Notes: a model not told the origin generated them from the sequence alone. DNA of 63,583 bases, filler included, from Chiloscyllium plagiosum (GCF_004010195.1; 4 parts of one record of this genome joined end to end with filler, not necessarily neighbours in it); one strand, 5' to 3'; shown: positions 1 through 14,070, numbered from the whole stretch's first letter. Translations and numbers: made by a program.

Positions 1-131
1 ATTCCTGAAGAAGGGCTCATGCCCAAAACATCGATTTTCCTGCTCCTTGGATGCTGCCTGACCTGCTGCGCTTTTCCAGCAACACATTTTCAGCTCTGAT
101 CTCCAGCATCTGCAGTCCTCACTTTCTCCTC
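1..131 (+). mobile_element. Penelope-like element 3' pLTR end (family A) with mutated hammerhead core
   Basis: CTGAAGA-A-GGGC-TCAT-GCCC-AAAAC followed by the ggatgctgcctgacctgctg...ccagcatctgcagtcctcac tail, which also ends the RT/GIY-YIG element at 56180-56520. Confidence 0.85.
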
Positions 132-682
132 CTACATCTGTACAAGACAATTGGTAAGGTCACATTTGGAATACTGTACACAATTCCGGTTACCCTGCTA
201 CAAGGAGAATTTTATTTAACTGGAAAGAGTGCAATAAAGGTACACAAGGATGTTATCAAGACAGGAGGGTTTGAGTTACAAGGGGAGACTGGATAGATTG
301 GGACTTTTATCCCTTGAGCATAGGATGCTGATGCGTGACCTTATAGAGATCTATAAAATTGTGAGGGGTGTAGATACAGTGAATGGCCAAGGTCTTTTCC
401 CCAGGGTAGGAGAGTTCAAAACTAGAGGGCATAGGTTTAAGGTGAGGGGGAAAGATTTAAATGGGGCCTGAGGGGCAACATTTTCACATAGAGGATGGTG
501 CATGTATGGAATGAGTTGCCAGAGGAAGTGGTAGAGGACGGTGCAATTACAGCATTTAAAAGACGTTTAGAAAGATACATAACAGGAACAATTAAGAGGG
601 ACCTGGGCCAAATGCAGAAGAATGGGGACAAATTGGGTTGAAGGGTCTGTTTCCACGCTCGATGACTCTATGGCTCTATGAT
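132..682 (+). mobile_element. CR1-clade LINE 3' fragment (HER1-like)
   Basis: RT C-terminal remnant RLDRLGLLSLE...DLIEIYKI...TRGHRFK and a (ctatga)n-type tail. Confidence 0.9.
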
Positions 683-1440
683 TAACCAAAACTTTCTCCC
701 TTATTTTGTCGACTCATCATGACTGCACAGAAAGAGATGATTTGGTCCTTCAAGCTCATTTGGAGAGGTTTAAGCTTGGAATTAACAACATCCAGGTTAA
801 TGGGCAGGGCTGTTGGATCATAAAAAACTTGCACCTTCCACCTGGGTACTCCAATGCAATCTTCCCAGTGTTTCTACATCCCAGTGAACAGAATGAACGT
901 GCTCGTGAGCGGTCAATACCAATAAGTGACTCTTTCTAGCTTTGACTCCTTGTTCTGCTGTCGAATAAACATTACAAAAGTAAAGAGAAAATAACAAATG
1001 ACATAACACTTTAAATTATAGTTAGTTCATAAGTAGAAGTGACTCATTAATAAAAATATTCTGGCAGGAGAATCCATCTTCTGTAAATTTATCAAAAGAT
1101 ATTAATGGATGTGAGATGCTGAGAATATATTGGAACATCATGACCAACAGCGGTACTGCCATCACAGGGGAATTAACTTTTAAGCACTTTGGAATTATGC
1201 TATCTCTACATATTCATGAGATGTGCTCTTTTCGAGTAAAATAAAGGATGAGTTTCTGTGAACAACACAGAATTACAGGTAGCAGATGCCTGTCTTCAGT
1301 TGTGATGGCAATTAGTTCAAGTTGAAGAATGCCTGTGATTTTTTTTATCCCTGTGTGACTGTTGAGAACAACGTTCATCCATTCTTCATCAGGCTGCTAG
1401 ATCGGACAGGGAAGTTAACCTAGTTTTATTTTTCTGTCAG

Positions 1441-1548
1441 GGACTGCAGCAAAGATGCCCTTCCTGACCATCTGTGGGAACCTGCCGAGAGTTATGACTA
1501 CGTTGTTGTGAAAAGCGAGTCAAAATTGGATTCAAGTAAGAGAGCAGG
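1441..1548 (+). other. Candidate 108-nt phase 2-2 exon of an unidentified transcript
   Basis: Acceptor ttttatttttctgtcag, donor GG|gtaaga, one open frame DCSKDALPDHLWEPAESYDYVVVKSESKLDSSKRA in non-repetitive DNA. Confidence 0.3.
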
Positions 1549-1884
1549 GTAAGATGTGAGTGATAAATAACACACATTCAGACAATCTGTTAGTTTAATA
1601 TAATTTTTAACTGTACAGTCATTCAGCTTGCAACACGGCTTATTAAATATTAATTTTTAAACATTGGAACATTTAGTGGACAGGAATGGATCAAAGTCAG
1701 AGACAGTCATTTTCAGAACAAACATCTCATTAATAGGAATTGTGTATCCATTTTCTGTTTTCAATTTATTTTTTTCTTCCTTGTTTTAACTAAGTTTATT
1801 TGGGGTTCACAGCACAGAGACAGGCTGTTCAACTGGTATATTGTTAGTGTTGATACTTCCATGAATTTACTAATTTCTAAGCAA

Positions 1885-2097
1885 TTGTGTAGCACTACTG
1901 CCTCATAGTGCTAGGGACTTAGGTTTGATTCCAGCCTTGAGTGGAGTGTGTGCATTCTCCCCGTGTATGTATGGGTTTCCTTCTACAGTCCAAAAATATG
2001 CAGGTTAGGTGGTTAGCCATGGCAAATATAGGGTGAGATGCTTCCTGCAAGTTTTGTATGAGCCAAGTGGCCTGTTTCCATACGCTAAAGATTCTGT
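1885..2097 (+). mobile_element. Degenerate HE1 SINE
   Basis: tagcactactgcctca...ggtttgattcc...gggtttcc...agtccaaa...gcaggttagg; matches younger copies in this window. Confidence 0.75.
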
Positions 2098-2369
2098 GAA
2101 CAAATTGTTGTGGATTGAATCATGGAACAGACAGCTTTGTATCTGGTGATGTGCATTGAGGCAAATCTAATAGCTGGTCTCAGAGTAAAAGTTAGGAAAC
2201 AGTGACCATAACACTGTCGAATTTAGCATTCAGTTTGAGAAGGTGACACTTCAGAACAGTTAGAAACAATTGTATTAAACTTGAAAACAAAAGGGTGATA
2301 ACAAAGGAATGAGGGCTGGAGGGGACTTGGGAAGGGGGTTAGCAGCAAGGATGGTTGAGGAACAATTGC

Positions 2370-5300
2370 ACATATTTAACAGAATAGTTCACGGCTCACA
2401 ATAAAGAGATATCCTGCTGCAAAAGAAGGCATACAGGAAGGACATAAGCCACCATGATTAACCAGGGGTATTAAGGATAGCATCAGGCTGTGAGAAAAAC
2501 ATACGACATGGCAAAGGTTAGTGGTAAGTCAGAGTACTTGGGAAGTTCTAAAACTGAACTAAGATAACCAAAACATAATAACAACAGACAAGATAAACTT
2601 GCAAGTAATATCTAGATGGACAGCAACAGCATCTGTACAAAATAGGAAGAGAGACATCAGAATGGACATAGCCCCCTTAGAGAATGAGGCCAGGCACATC
2701 ATTATGGGAACCTGGGAAATGACAGGAGAATTGAATAAATACTTTGCAACATTCTTCACGTAAAGACATAAATTGCATTCCAAAAGTTTCAGATAATCAA
2801 GGGACAAAATGAAGAGAGAAAGTAAAGACAAGAACTATCACTAGAGAATGATGTGCTGAGCAAATGTTGGGACTAAAGACAAACAGGTACCCTGGAGCTG
2901 ATGGGGTACACCCAAGGATACTAAAAGCAGTACTGGAGATAATGGATGCACAGGCCATAATCTTTAAATTCTGGGAATGCCCCCAAAGATTGGAAAACTT
3001 CCAATTCATACAAAAGAGGAGACAAAAAATAACTATCATCCAGTTAGCTTCCCAGCTGTGATTGGGAAAACGTTAGTTTATTATTCAGGATGGAATAGCA
3101 GCGCATCTAGAAATAGATAATATCATCAAGAAAAGTCAGCATGGCTTCATGCCTGACAAGTTCATTACAACTGTTTGAGGAGGTAATAAATGGGATAGAT
3201 AAAGAGGAAGTGATTTGCAATAATGCCTTGGTGTTGTACCTTATCAAACACTTTCTGCAAATATTTTGGGATTTGCAGAAAGTGTTTGATAAGGTACAAC
3301 ATATTTGGCCTCTTGATAAGAGCCTGTGATGTTTGGGGTGAGAATTGACAAACTAATAGATGATAGAGAATTGGGACAAGGGTCCATTTTTAGGAGGAAC
3401 CTGCAACTAGTGGAGTTCCACGGGGATCAGTGATGGGGCTATGATTATTTGCAATATACATTAATGCCTTGGATGAGGGAAATTGATGTACTTTTGCCAT
3501 GTTTGCAAATGGCACAAATGTTGGTGAAAAGGCAAGTGCTGAAGACAACACAAAGAACCTTCAGAGGCATTGAGATACGTTTGATGACTTTGCAAAAAGT
3601 TGGCAGATGGAATACAATGCAGGAAAACGTGAGGTCATGCACTTGACAAGACAGATGGAAGAGCTGATTATTAGTTAATCTGAAATTGGCTGCAGAAAGA
3701 TACAGAACAGGGAGATTTGGGAATCCTCATGTGTAAATCCCAACAAGCTAGCATTTATGTTTTGTTGGGTAATAACAAAGGCAAGTTAGATGTTGGCCTT
3801 TATTTCAAATGGAGTGCGGTGGTAGAATACCAAATTCTTGGTCAAACTATACAAGACTCCTGTTAGACCTCAGCTAAAATACTGTGAAGAATTTTGGTCA
3901 CCTTATCAAAGGTAAGATATAGACAATAGACAATAGGTGCAGGAGTAGGCCATTCAGCCCTTCGAGCCTGCACCACCATTCAATATGATCATGGCTGATC
4001 ATCCTTAATCAGTATCCTGTTCCTGCCTTATCTCCATAACCCTTGATTCCACTATCCTTGAGAGCTCTATCCAACTCTTTCTTAAATGAATCCAGAGACT
4101 GGGCCTCCACTGCCCTCTGGGGCAGAGCATTCCACACAGCCACCACTCTCTGGGTGAAGAAGTTTCTCCCCATCTCTGTCCTAAATGGTCTACCCCGTAT
4201 TTTTAAGCTGTGTCCTCTGGTTCAGCACTCACCCATCAGCGGAAACATGGTTCCTGCCTCCAGAGTGTCCAATCCTTTAATAAGCTTAAATGTCTCAATC
4301 AGATCCCCTCTCAGACTTTTAAACTCAAAGGTATACAAGCCCACTCGCTCCAGTCTTTCAGCGTAAGGTAGTCCCGCCATTCCAGACCCGAGTTACTCTC
4401 TTTCAAATTCGATTTGAAATTCTACCATGTTGCTATCCTTAAAGGATCCGTAACTGAGATCTCTTATCAATCTAACCTCATTATACATTCCTAGATGTAG
4501 GTAGGTTGCCAGGTAGATTCTCTAATGCATTGTTCGTAGAAGCTATCCCTGATGTACTCTCGAAATTCATCTTTCATGTTATCCTTATCCATGTGATCTG
4601 TCCAGTCAATATGCAAATTAAAATCACATGACAGTTGTATTGCCATTCTTACATGCCTCCATTATTTCCCAACTTTTATATTGTCCTAAAGAGAAGCAAT
4701 TCTTCAGGGACCTATAGACAACTCTCACCCATGACTTCATTTCCTGTTATTCCTTATTTCTACTCTTCTGATTCCAGAACATGATCTATTGCACCTATGT
4801 CATTACTCACCACCGCACTGAGACCACTTTCTATTAACAAAGCCAGCCCACCTCCTTCCTTTTATTGTCTATTCTTGTAGAATGTTGAATGCTCTTTAAT
4901 ATTAAGTCTCCAGTCATAGTCACCCTGTGACCACCTCTCTATAATAACTGTAGGGTCATATTCATTAATTTCATTTCTGCCGTCACCTCATCTATCTTGT
5001 TACAAATGTGTGTGCATTCAGATAAAGAAACTTTAACTTTTTAACATTATTACTTTGGTCTTAATTTCAGTTGCACTCTTAGGCTTATATTTTATACCCC
5101 TTTCAGTCATTCTTTGCTTATAGTTTGCCTCTTCAATATCTTGCATGTCTGCTCTCTTTTTTGATATTTCCCTTCAATTATATCCTCATACCCCTCATAA
5201 TTAGTTAAAAGTTCTATCTAGAACTCCTGTTATAGGATTTATCAGGACGCTGGACCCAGCCACCAAATCCTGGCAAATATAAATTCCCTTAAGTTCAGGT

Positions 5301-5830
5301 CCTTCAGCCACTGTTACCCCAGGGATATTGCTTGTGTCTTAGACAGTCCAGAGGAAGTTTATAAAGTTGGCCCTGGGTGTGGAGGGATTGTTTTAAGACA
5401 AGAAGTTGAATAGGCTGCACTCGTATCAATGGTGTTTCAAAGATTCAGAGGAACCATTATTGAAACATGCAAGGTTTTTAGGGAGGGTAGATGCAGAGAG
5501 GTTGTTTCCTTGGTGGGAGAGTCTAATACCAGAAAGCATAATGTCAGAGCAAGGAGTCACCTATTTAAGACAGGGATGAGGAGGAATTCCTTCTCTCAGG
5601 ATAATAACTCCATCAAATTCTTTCCCAGAAGCTGTGAGAAAGGATAGTTAATTATATTCAAGGTTGAGATAGGCAGATTGTTAATCAGTAAGGGAAGTAA
5701 GGGTTATGAGGAAAGGCAGCAAAGTAGAGTTCAGGATTATTAGATCAACCATGATTTCATGAAATGGTGGAGCATGTTAATGTGTTGTATGCCCTACGTC
5801 TGCTTCTACATCTTGTGGTTTTATGGTCTT
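2370..5830 (+). mobile_element. Old CR1 LINE ORF2 remnant interrupted by two antisense CR1 pieces (about 3919-4385 and 4385-5310)
   Basis: PGADGVHPRIL, SCLT..LFEEV and DLQKVFDKV motifs; host element resumes near 5322. Confidence 0.8.
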
Positions 5831-5925
5831 AATGTGTTCAACAGCACATAGGATGTCCTTCTCTCTGCCACCTTAAATGCATTTTTTTCTGGAGCTTTAT
5901 TTTCATTGAGTTCAAAGCCACACTG

Positions 5926-6116
5926 TTAAAAATCACACAACACTAGGTTATCGTCCAACAGGTTTATTTGAAAGTGCTAGCTTTTATGACAACCACCCAT
6001 TGAAGTAGCAGCACTCCGAAAGCTAGTGCTTCCAAATAAACCTGTTGGACTGTAGCCTGGTGTTGTATGATTTTTAACTTTGTACAGCCCAGTCCAACAC
6101 TGGCACCTTCAAATTA
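5926..6116. mobile_element. Penelope family B mini-insertion with inverted terminal copy
   Basis: 5925-5985 is approximately the reverse complement of 6019-6078; TSD tcaaag(c/a)cacactg at 5912-5925 and 6117-6130. Confidence 0.85.
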
Positions 6117-6202
6117 TCAAAGACACACTGGATGTCTTTTCTTCTGGCTTGACTGTCTTGGGGACTGTTAAACAACGCTATTGTGGTTACAGGTTTTTTC
6201 TT

Positions 6203-6455
6203 AGAATCATAGAATCCCTACAGTTTGGAAGCAGGCCATTTAGCCCATCAATTCCACACTGACCCTCTGAAGAGCATCCCAACAAGACCCACCCACCCTA
6301 TTGCTGTTATTCCCATGTATTCCACCACATTCCTGGACACTATGAACAATTTAGCACGACCAGTCTACCTAAACTGCACATCTTTGGACCGTGACAGGAA
6401 TCAAGCATATCCAAAGGAAACCCATGCAGACATGGGGAGAATGTGCAAACTCCAT
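6203..6455 (-). mobile_element. HE1 SINE, 5'-truncated
   Basis: Reverse-strand HE1 body (gaatgtgcaaactcca, acatctttggac). Confidence 0.8.
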
Positions 6456-7229
6456 GTTGAGGAGGATTGTCAGAGAATACAGCAGGATATGGATCAGTTG
6501 GAGGCATGAGCAGAAAAATGACAGATGGAGTTTAATCCAGACAAATGTGAGGCAAATGCATATTATTCCATCACACTCCTGACTTGGGTCTTAGAGAAAA
6601 CAGACAGGATATGGGCGGTCAGGATATTCTGAGTTACTTGCCACAGAATTACCGGTCTCTGATCTGCCTTTGAAGCCTTTCCATTTTGAGTTAGGAGAGT
6701 TTGAGTCACTGGTAACCACCAGGAAATTGATAAGCTGTTGACAATAATTCTGTTGACTGTTAAGCTGGGATGTTTAGACTCCCTCTTGTTGGGTATAGTG
6801 CCTGGTGTTTGTGTGTGGAGACATTACTTCCCATTAATCAGCTCAAGCTGAAATATGACCAAGATCTTGCTACATGTGGGCAGAGTCTGACAAAATGCAA
6901 ATGAAACTAAAATTGTTTCAATCATCAACGAAAAAAACCTAGGAGGAAGTACAACAGAATCGAAATAGAATAGATTAAAAATTTATTGTTGGGTGTATAT
7001 GTACATGAAAAATACAGTGAAACGTTTTATAGGTTGCCACAGCACGGTGTCAGGTGACGAAGGAGCGGCGTTCCGAAAGCTTGTGATTTCAAGAAAACCT
7101 GTTGAACTATAATCTGGTGTTGTGTGACCTCTAACAATGAGATGGTTATGGAGAAATGATAGATGCAGATACAAGTGAATCTGAAGGTCAGCATGTGAAG
7201 ATAAGTTTAGGAAAGAGATTAGAAGAAAA

Positions 7230-7602
7230 GGTTTATAAAATCATGAGGGGCATGGATAGAATAAATCAACAAAATCTTTTCCCTGGGGTGAGGGAGTCCA
7301 GACTAGAGGGCATAGGTTTTGGATGAGAGGGGAAAGATATAAAAGAGACTTAAAGGGCAACTTTTTCACACAGAGGGTGGTACATGTATGGAATGAGCTG
7401 CCAGAGGAAGTGGTGGAGGCTGGTACAATTGCAACATTTAAAAGGCATCTGGATGTGTATATGAATAGGAAGGGTTTGGAGGGATATGGGCTGGGTGCTG
7501 GCAGGTGGGACTAGATTGGGTTGGGATATCTAATCGGCGTGGACGGGTTGAACCAAAGGGTCTGTTTCCACGCTGTATATCTCTATGACTCTATGACTCT
7601 AT
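7230..7602 (+). mobile_element. HER1/CR1 LINE 3' end
   Basis: GNFFTQRVVHVWNELPEEVVEAG, 3' UTR and (ctatgact)n tail. Confidence 0.92.
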
Positions 7603-8586
7603 CAAATAGGAATGCAAAGATAAAATATGAAATAAAAAAGCAAAATAAAACAGAAACAATAAATTTCTCACAAACACACAATTCACCAAAGAGGAATTCA
7701 AATTGTTTGGTCATGGAGTATTGCTGAAAAGTGACACATTGGATAGGTATATGGAGGATAGTGGGTTAGTATAGGTTAGGTGGGCTTGGATCGGCGCAAC
7801 ATCGAGGGCCAAAGGGCCTGTACTGCGCTGTATTCTTCTATGTTCTATGTTCTATTTTGTTGACGCTTTTTGTCTTTCACTGCCCAGGACAATTTGCAAA
7901 AATATCAACAGAAATGGAAGGCAACATTTTATATCCAATAAGATTTCAGTATGAGATTGGTTGTCAAGTGGACTCTAATTGGTAGAGGTGTTACCATGGA
8001 GAATACGCAAGTCACTGACAATTGTCAAGCTTTATTTAAATTTTAAACCAAATGAGTTGAATCTGATTGGTCAAGACATTACCCTGAGAAATGAACCAGG
8101 GAGTGGCTGTCAGCTATTTGGTCAGTTTGAGTCAGGCACAGTAAGTGTAGATGGTCTTTATGTCTGCAAAGAACAGGGCCCTGTTTATCTCCCTATCAAG
8201 ATAGGGAGCTTTCAGGACATACACATGGGCCACTGTAAGTCTGACTGAGAATCCTAAATTGGAACACAGTGTAATTGTTTGCACACTCAAAATTCTGATG
8301 AGTGCAAGACTCAATACTTCAAACAAAAATGTGTTATTTTTCTCAATAACACAAAACAGGAGCTAAGAAAAGGATAGTCCATTAATAAGTGAGCATGGGA
8401 ACTTCCCAGGCTTCTTTATTGAAATGGCAGGAACACTGATCTTTGCTTCAGTTTTTGCTGCTGAGGGAAGAACAACAATGGAATTGAAGATACATTTTAC
8501 ACGAAATAATATTAAAGTAAAGGGAATACCAGATAAACCTACCAAACTGAGGGTGATCAATGTACAGTTCCAGATGGATTGTATCT

Positions 8587-9675
8587 AAGACAAAAACAGA
8601 CATGCTGGAAAAGCCCAGCAGGTCTGGCAGCATCTATGAAGAGAAATCAAAATTAACATTTCCGGTCCAGGGAACCTTCCTCAGAACTGATGGTAGCTCA
8701 GAAAATGTTAGCTTCTATGCAGAAGATTGAGGGAGGTGGGGGGTGTGGGTTGGGGGAGGGGGAGAAGGAGGGGTAAGAAGTAACATAAAATGATAGGTGG
8801 AGATAGAGCCCAAATAAAGAGATGGGCAGACAAAGGAATAGATAACGTTCAGCCTGAGGGAAGGAATAGCTATGAATTGGGGCTATTAGTGCCAACAATG
8901 GGTTGTGTGTAATAGCAGATCATGTGATAACAAGGTTAGAGTGTTGCTGGAAAAGCACAGCAGGTCAGGCATCATCTGAGAAGCAGAAGAATTTGGAGCC
9001 CTTCCGATGAATGTCGTTAGTTAAAAATCACACAACACCAGGTTATAGTCCAACAGGTTTAATTGGAAGCACACTAGCTTTCGGAGCGATGCTCCTTCAT
9101 CAGGTGATTGTCAGACAATCACCTGATTCCAATTAAACCTGTTGGACTATAACCTGGTGTTGTGTGATTTTTAACTTTGTACACCCCAGTCCCACACCGG
9201 CATCTCCAAATCCTGATGAATGTTGATTTTCCTGCTCCTCGGATGCTGCCTGACCTGCTGTGCTTTACCAGCACCACTCTGATCTAGACTCTGATCTCCA
9301 GCATCTGCAGTCCTCACTTTTGCCATGTGATAACAAGGCCTGGTGTGTGGGGTTTGGGGTAAGGGCTGGGGGAGAAGGTGCCTCAAGCCGTCGAATTGTT
9401 GAACTCGAGATTGAGTCTCAAAGGCTGTAGAGTTCCCAAGTAGAAAATGAGGTGCTGTTCTTCCATCTTCACTGGAACATTGCAGCAAGCCTGAGACAGA
9501 GATGTTGGCCGGGGAAGAGGGTGGTGTGTTAAAGTGGCAGGCAACTGGAAGCTCAGGGTGCTTTTTGCGGGTAGAATGTAGATGTTCTGTGAAGTGGTCA
9601 CCCGGTCTATGCTTTGTTTTGCCAATGTAGAGGAGACCACATTGTGAGCAGTGAATGCGGTAGATGAGATTGCAT
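8587..9675 (-). mobile_element. Penelope-like element (family C), GIY-YIG end plus pLTR, with two nested Penelope inserts
   Basis: Minus-strand NLIYRIHCSQCGLLYIGKTKHRPGDHFTEH; degenerate hammerhead near 8657-8684; insert 8936-9323 bounded by catgtgataacaagg. Confidence 0.88.
9075..9103 (-). ncRNA. Minimal type I hammerhead ribozyme motif (family B)
   Basis: Minus strand reads CTGATGA-A-GGAGC-ATC-GCTCC-GAAA-GC-TA; helix III is the palindrome AGCT. Confidence 0.8.
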
Positions 9676-12459
9676 GGATTATATCTATGTTTACTCAAAG
9701 AACCTAGGGAATAGTTAGCTGAGGCACCGATACCCATATTTAACTCTTCAATACAAAAAGAGAGTGCCAAATGATTAATGGGCAGTAAATGTAATTCCTA
9801 TCTTCAAAAAGTGAGTTAAGTCTAATCTAGAAAGCTATCTAAATAAATTTCATTAATGTTACTGATAAGAAGGATTGCAGAACATTAGCTGACAAATATT
9901 TGAAAAGAAATTAATTATAACTTTTCTGGAAACTGAAACTATTGTAAAAGGATATATCAGCATATATTCTAATTGGAGGATCATGATTATCCAATTTTTC
10001 CTAATGCTTCATGCGTTACTAAAAGAATTTGCAAGGGCAGTACAGCAGATGTGACAAATATATATTCAGAAGAGTTGTGATTTCGTAACTTATGACAAAG
10101 GTCAATACATGCAGGGTCATTTGCCAGGGAGCAGAATTGATTGAAATAATCAAGGGAGGAATCAAGAAAACACTGCCAAATTGTCAGAGAGTGGCGTCTC
10201 ATAGTATCAGTGCTGGGATACCTAATGTTCACCATCTGTCTATAAATGATCAGTATATTTCCTGCCAGTGAAACAGGAAGTCAGTGCTGCTGACATTACC
10301 ATCATATGCACAAACTGCAACCACAAGTTGGAAACCAGAACTGAAAGTAATTCAACCATTATTTTGCCTCTCCCTTGTTGTCCCATTCTGTAATCCTCTC
10401 ACCTCCCAGATCTCCACTCCACTCACCAGTCCACGATCAGCTATTTGTAACTAAGATGATGAGAAATGTCTTCATTCTGAGGGCTCTCGATTATTGGGAT
10501 TCTCAACCTCAGAGAGTTATGATGTTGAGACTATTCTAGACCAGCACTGAACTATGACTTGAAGAATATGAAGGAGTATGAGCAAGGAGTGGGGAAGTGG
10601 AGTTTAAGATAGAGATGAGCTATGACATTGAATGGTCGAGGGACTGAATGGCCTACTCCTGTTCCTGTTTCTTATAGAGTCATAGAGTCATACAGCATGG
10701 AAACATACCCTTAGCTGAACTTGTGCATGTTGATCAACTTTCCCAAACTAAACTGGTCCCATTGGCCCATGGTTTGGCCCACATCCCTCTAAACCTTTCC
10801 TTATGCACCTATCCAAATGTTGTAACTGTACCTGCATCTACCACTTCCTTTGGAGGTTTGTTCCACATACAAAAACCACCCTCTGTATAAAAAAGGCCCC
10901 TCAAGTCTCTCTTAAATCTTTCTCCCAGAAAAGCCTGAAGCACAGGAGGAAGAGAAGACTGTGTGTACAGGGATGCCTGCCAGAGTGGATGAGATACAAT
11001 TATTGGAAAAGATTGAGTAAACTGGGCTCTCTCCTCTGAATAAAAAACTTCATAGAAGTCTACAAAAACCGCAAAGAGATTTGTTCGAGTGGAGGTGGAG
11101 AGTCTGTTCGGTTTGTAGGTATGCACTGAGCAGGAATATCAAGTAGGCACAGACAGACCATACTGGAGGAGGTTCTTCACTCAGAGGGTGGGATCTTGTT
11201 GCCTTATCGAGTTTATAGCAGATAGCACCTGTGATTTCAAGAACTGCTTCGGACACGTCTGAATGAGAAGAGATTGTAACGATACAAAGGTGGTTGGAAG
11301 ATGTGATTTGAGAACATGCATAAGACCATAAGACCTGGGGGTAGGAATAGGCCATTCAGCCCATCAAATCTGCTCTGACATTCAGTGAGATCGTGGATAA
11401 TCTGATAATCCTCAAATCAACTTTCCTAAATTCTCTTCATAAACCTTGATTTCCTACTCTTTTAAAAATCTGTCTATTGAAATTTTGAATATAGTTATGA
11501 CCCAACCTCAACAGTCCTCTGTAGTAAAGAATTCCACAGATTCACTGCCCTCTGAGAGGAAAAGAAATTCCTCCTCATCTCTGTTTTAAGTGGGCAGCCC
11601 CTCACTCTGTGATTAATGCCCTCTGATGCTAGACTTTCCTGCAAATGGAAAATACCTTCCCGCACATAGTTTGTCAATTTCCCTAAGAGTATATGTGAAT
11701 TTGGAGAGATGGAGGATCATTAGAGATAGTCTGCATGGACTAGCTAAGGGAAGGTCATGTGTGACAAAGTTGATTAAATTTTCTGTGGAGGGAGCGAGGA
11801 GCATTTAATATGGTCTACATGGAATTTAGCAAAGCGTTTGAAAAGGTCTCTGATGGCAAACTGGTCAAGAAAATAAGAGTACAGAGGATCCAAGGCAAAG
11901 TGACACGGTCGCTGAGAGGCTGGAGGCTGAGGGTGATGAGGAATGTTTTCGTGACTGACTGTGTGTTTCCAGGGGGTTCCAAAGCATTCAAAGTTAGGGC
12001 CATTGCTGTTTGTCATGCATATTAATGATGTGGACTTAAATTTAAACAGTATGATCATGATGTTTGCAAATAACACAAAAATTGGCAGGATGTAAATAAG
12101 GAAGATGATAGTTGTAAACTGTAGGAGGGTATCTATAGACTGGCTAGGTGGGTAGAGCAGTGGCACATGGAATTCAGCTTGGAAAAGTGAGAGATCATGC
12201 ACTAGGGGAAGGTTAACAAAGCAAGGGGTTTCATTATAAATGGGAAGTGCTAAAGATAGAGAGTGACCTTGCTGTGTATATTCACAGATCACTGAAAGTA
12301 GCAGGAACGGGAGATAACTGAAAAGAAAATTGCTGGAGATCACAACGGGTCAGGCAGCATCCATGGAGAGAGAGCAAGCTTAATGTTTTGAGTCTAGATG
12401 ATTCATTTGCCTCTATTAGGGACGGTAGATAAGGTGGTTAACAACACATATGGGGTACT

Positions 12460-14070
12460 TAAGACCATAAGACTATAAAACATAGGAGCAGAAATTAGGC
12501 CATTCAGCCCATTGAGTCTGCTCTGACATTCTATCATGGCTGATAAGTTTCTCAACCCCATTCTCCCGCTTTCTCCCCGTAACCCTTAATCCCCATGACA
12601 ATTAAGAACCTATCTATCTCCGTCTTAAGTATACTCAAGTGACTTGGTCTGCACAGCCTTCTCTATGGCAGTGAATTCCATAGATTCACCACTCTCTGGT
12701 TGAAGAAGTTTCTGCTTATCTCTGTTCTGAAGTGTCTTCCCTTTACTCAGAAGCTGTACCCTTGGGTCCTAGTCTCTCGTGCTAATGGAAACATTTTCTT
12801 AACATCCACTCTGTCCAGACCATTCAGTATTCTATATGTTTCAACTAGATCCCCCCTCACCTTTCTAAACTCCACCGAATATAGACCCACAGTCCTCAAA
12901 CGTTCCTCATATGTTAAGCTTTTCATTCCTGGGACCATTCTCGTGAACCTTTTCTGAAACAGTTCCAGGGCCAGTACAACCTTCCTGAGATATGGGTCCC
13001 AAAACTGCACATAATACTCCAAATGTGGTCTGACCTTATAGAGCCTCAGAAGTACATCCCTGCTTTTATATTCAAGTCCTCTCAAAATAAATGTCATCAT
13101 TGCATTTGCCTTCCTAACTGCTTACTCAATTTGCAAGCTTACTTTGAGAGAATCCTGGACTAGATCTCCCAAGTCTCTTTGCACTTCAGAATTCTGAATT
13201 TTCTCCCCATTTAGAAAATAATCCATGCCTCTATTCTTCCTACGAAAGCACATGATCTCACACTTTCCCACGTTGCACTCGATCTGCCAATTCTTTGCCT
13301 ACTCTCCTAACCTGTCCAAATCCTTCTGCAGCCTCCGTGCCTCTTCAATGCTAACTAATCCTCTACCTATCTTTGTGTCATCTGCAAACTTATCTAGAAT
13401 ACCCTCCGTTCCTTCCTCTAGATCATTCATGTAAAAAGCAAAAAAATGTAGTCTCAACATTGACCCTTGTGGAGCACCACTTGTCACTGGCTGCCATCCT
13501 GAGAAGGACCCTTTTGTCCCCATTCTTTGCCTTCTGCCAGACAGCTAACCTTCTATCCATTCTAGCACCTTGCCTCTGATACCATGGGCCATTAACTTAC
13601 TCATTAGTCTCCTGTTCCACACCTCATCAAAGTCTTCATGAAGTCCAGGTAGATAACATCCATTGGCTCTCCTTGTTACTTCCTCAAAGATTTGTCAGGC
13701 ACGACCTCCCCTTGATGAAACCATGCTGACTTTGCCCTATTATACCATACACTTGCAAGTATTCAGAAATCTCATCCTTTACAATGGATTCCAGAATCTG
13801 ACCCACGCCCGAGTTTAGGCTAACCATGATTTTCCATCTTTTGCCTCTCTCCTTTTTTAAACAGGGGTGTCATGGTAGCAATTTCCCAGTCCTCTGGGAC
13901 CCTCCCTGATTCTAGTGATTCCTGAAAGATCATCACTAACGCCTCCACTATGTCTTCAGTTATCTCCCTTAGAGCTCTGCGGTGTAGTCCATCTGGTCCA
14001 GGTGATTTATCCACATTCAGGCCATTCAATTTTTCTAACACCTTCTCCTTGGCGATGGCCACCATACTCA
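12460..14070 (-). mobile_element. CR1 LINE RT to 3' UTR
   Basis: KSPGPDGLH, SGAPQGS, KFADDTKIG and VRPHLEYYVQFW on the minus strand. Confidence 0.92.

Noticed and set aside
7860..8380. Cluster of ATTGG (reverse CCAAT) boxes suggesting a promoter
   Set aside because: Probably part of an unclassified repeat; no transcription start or gene context to support it
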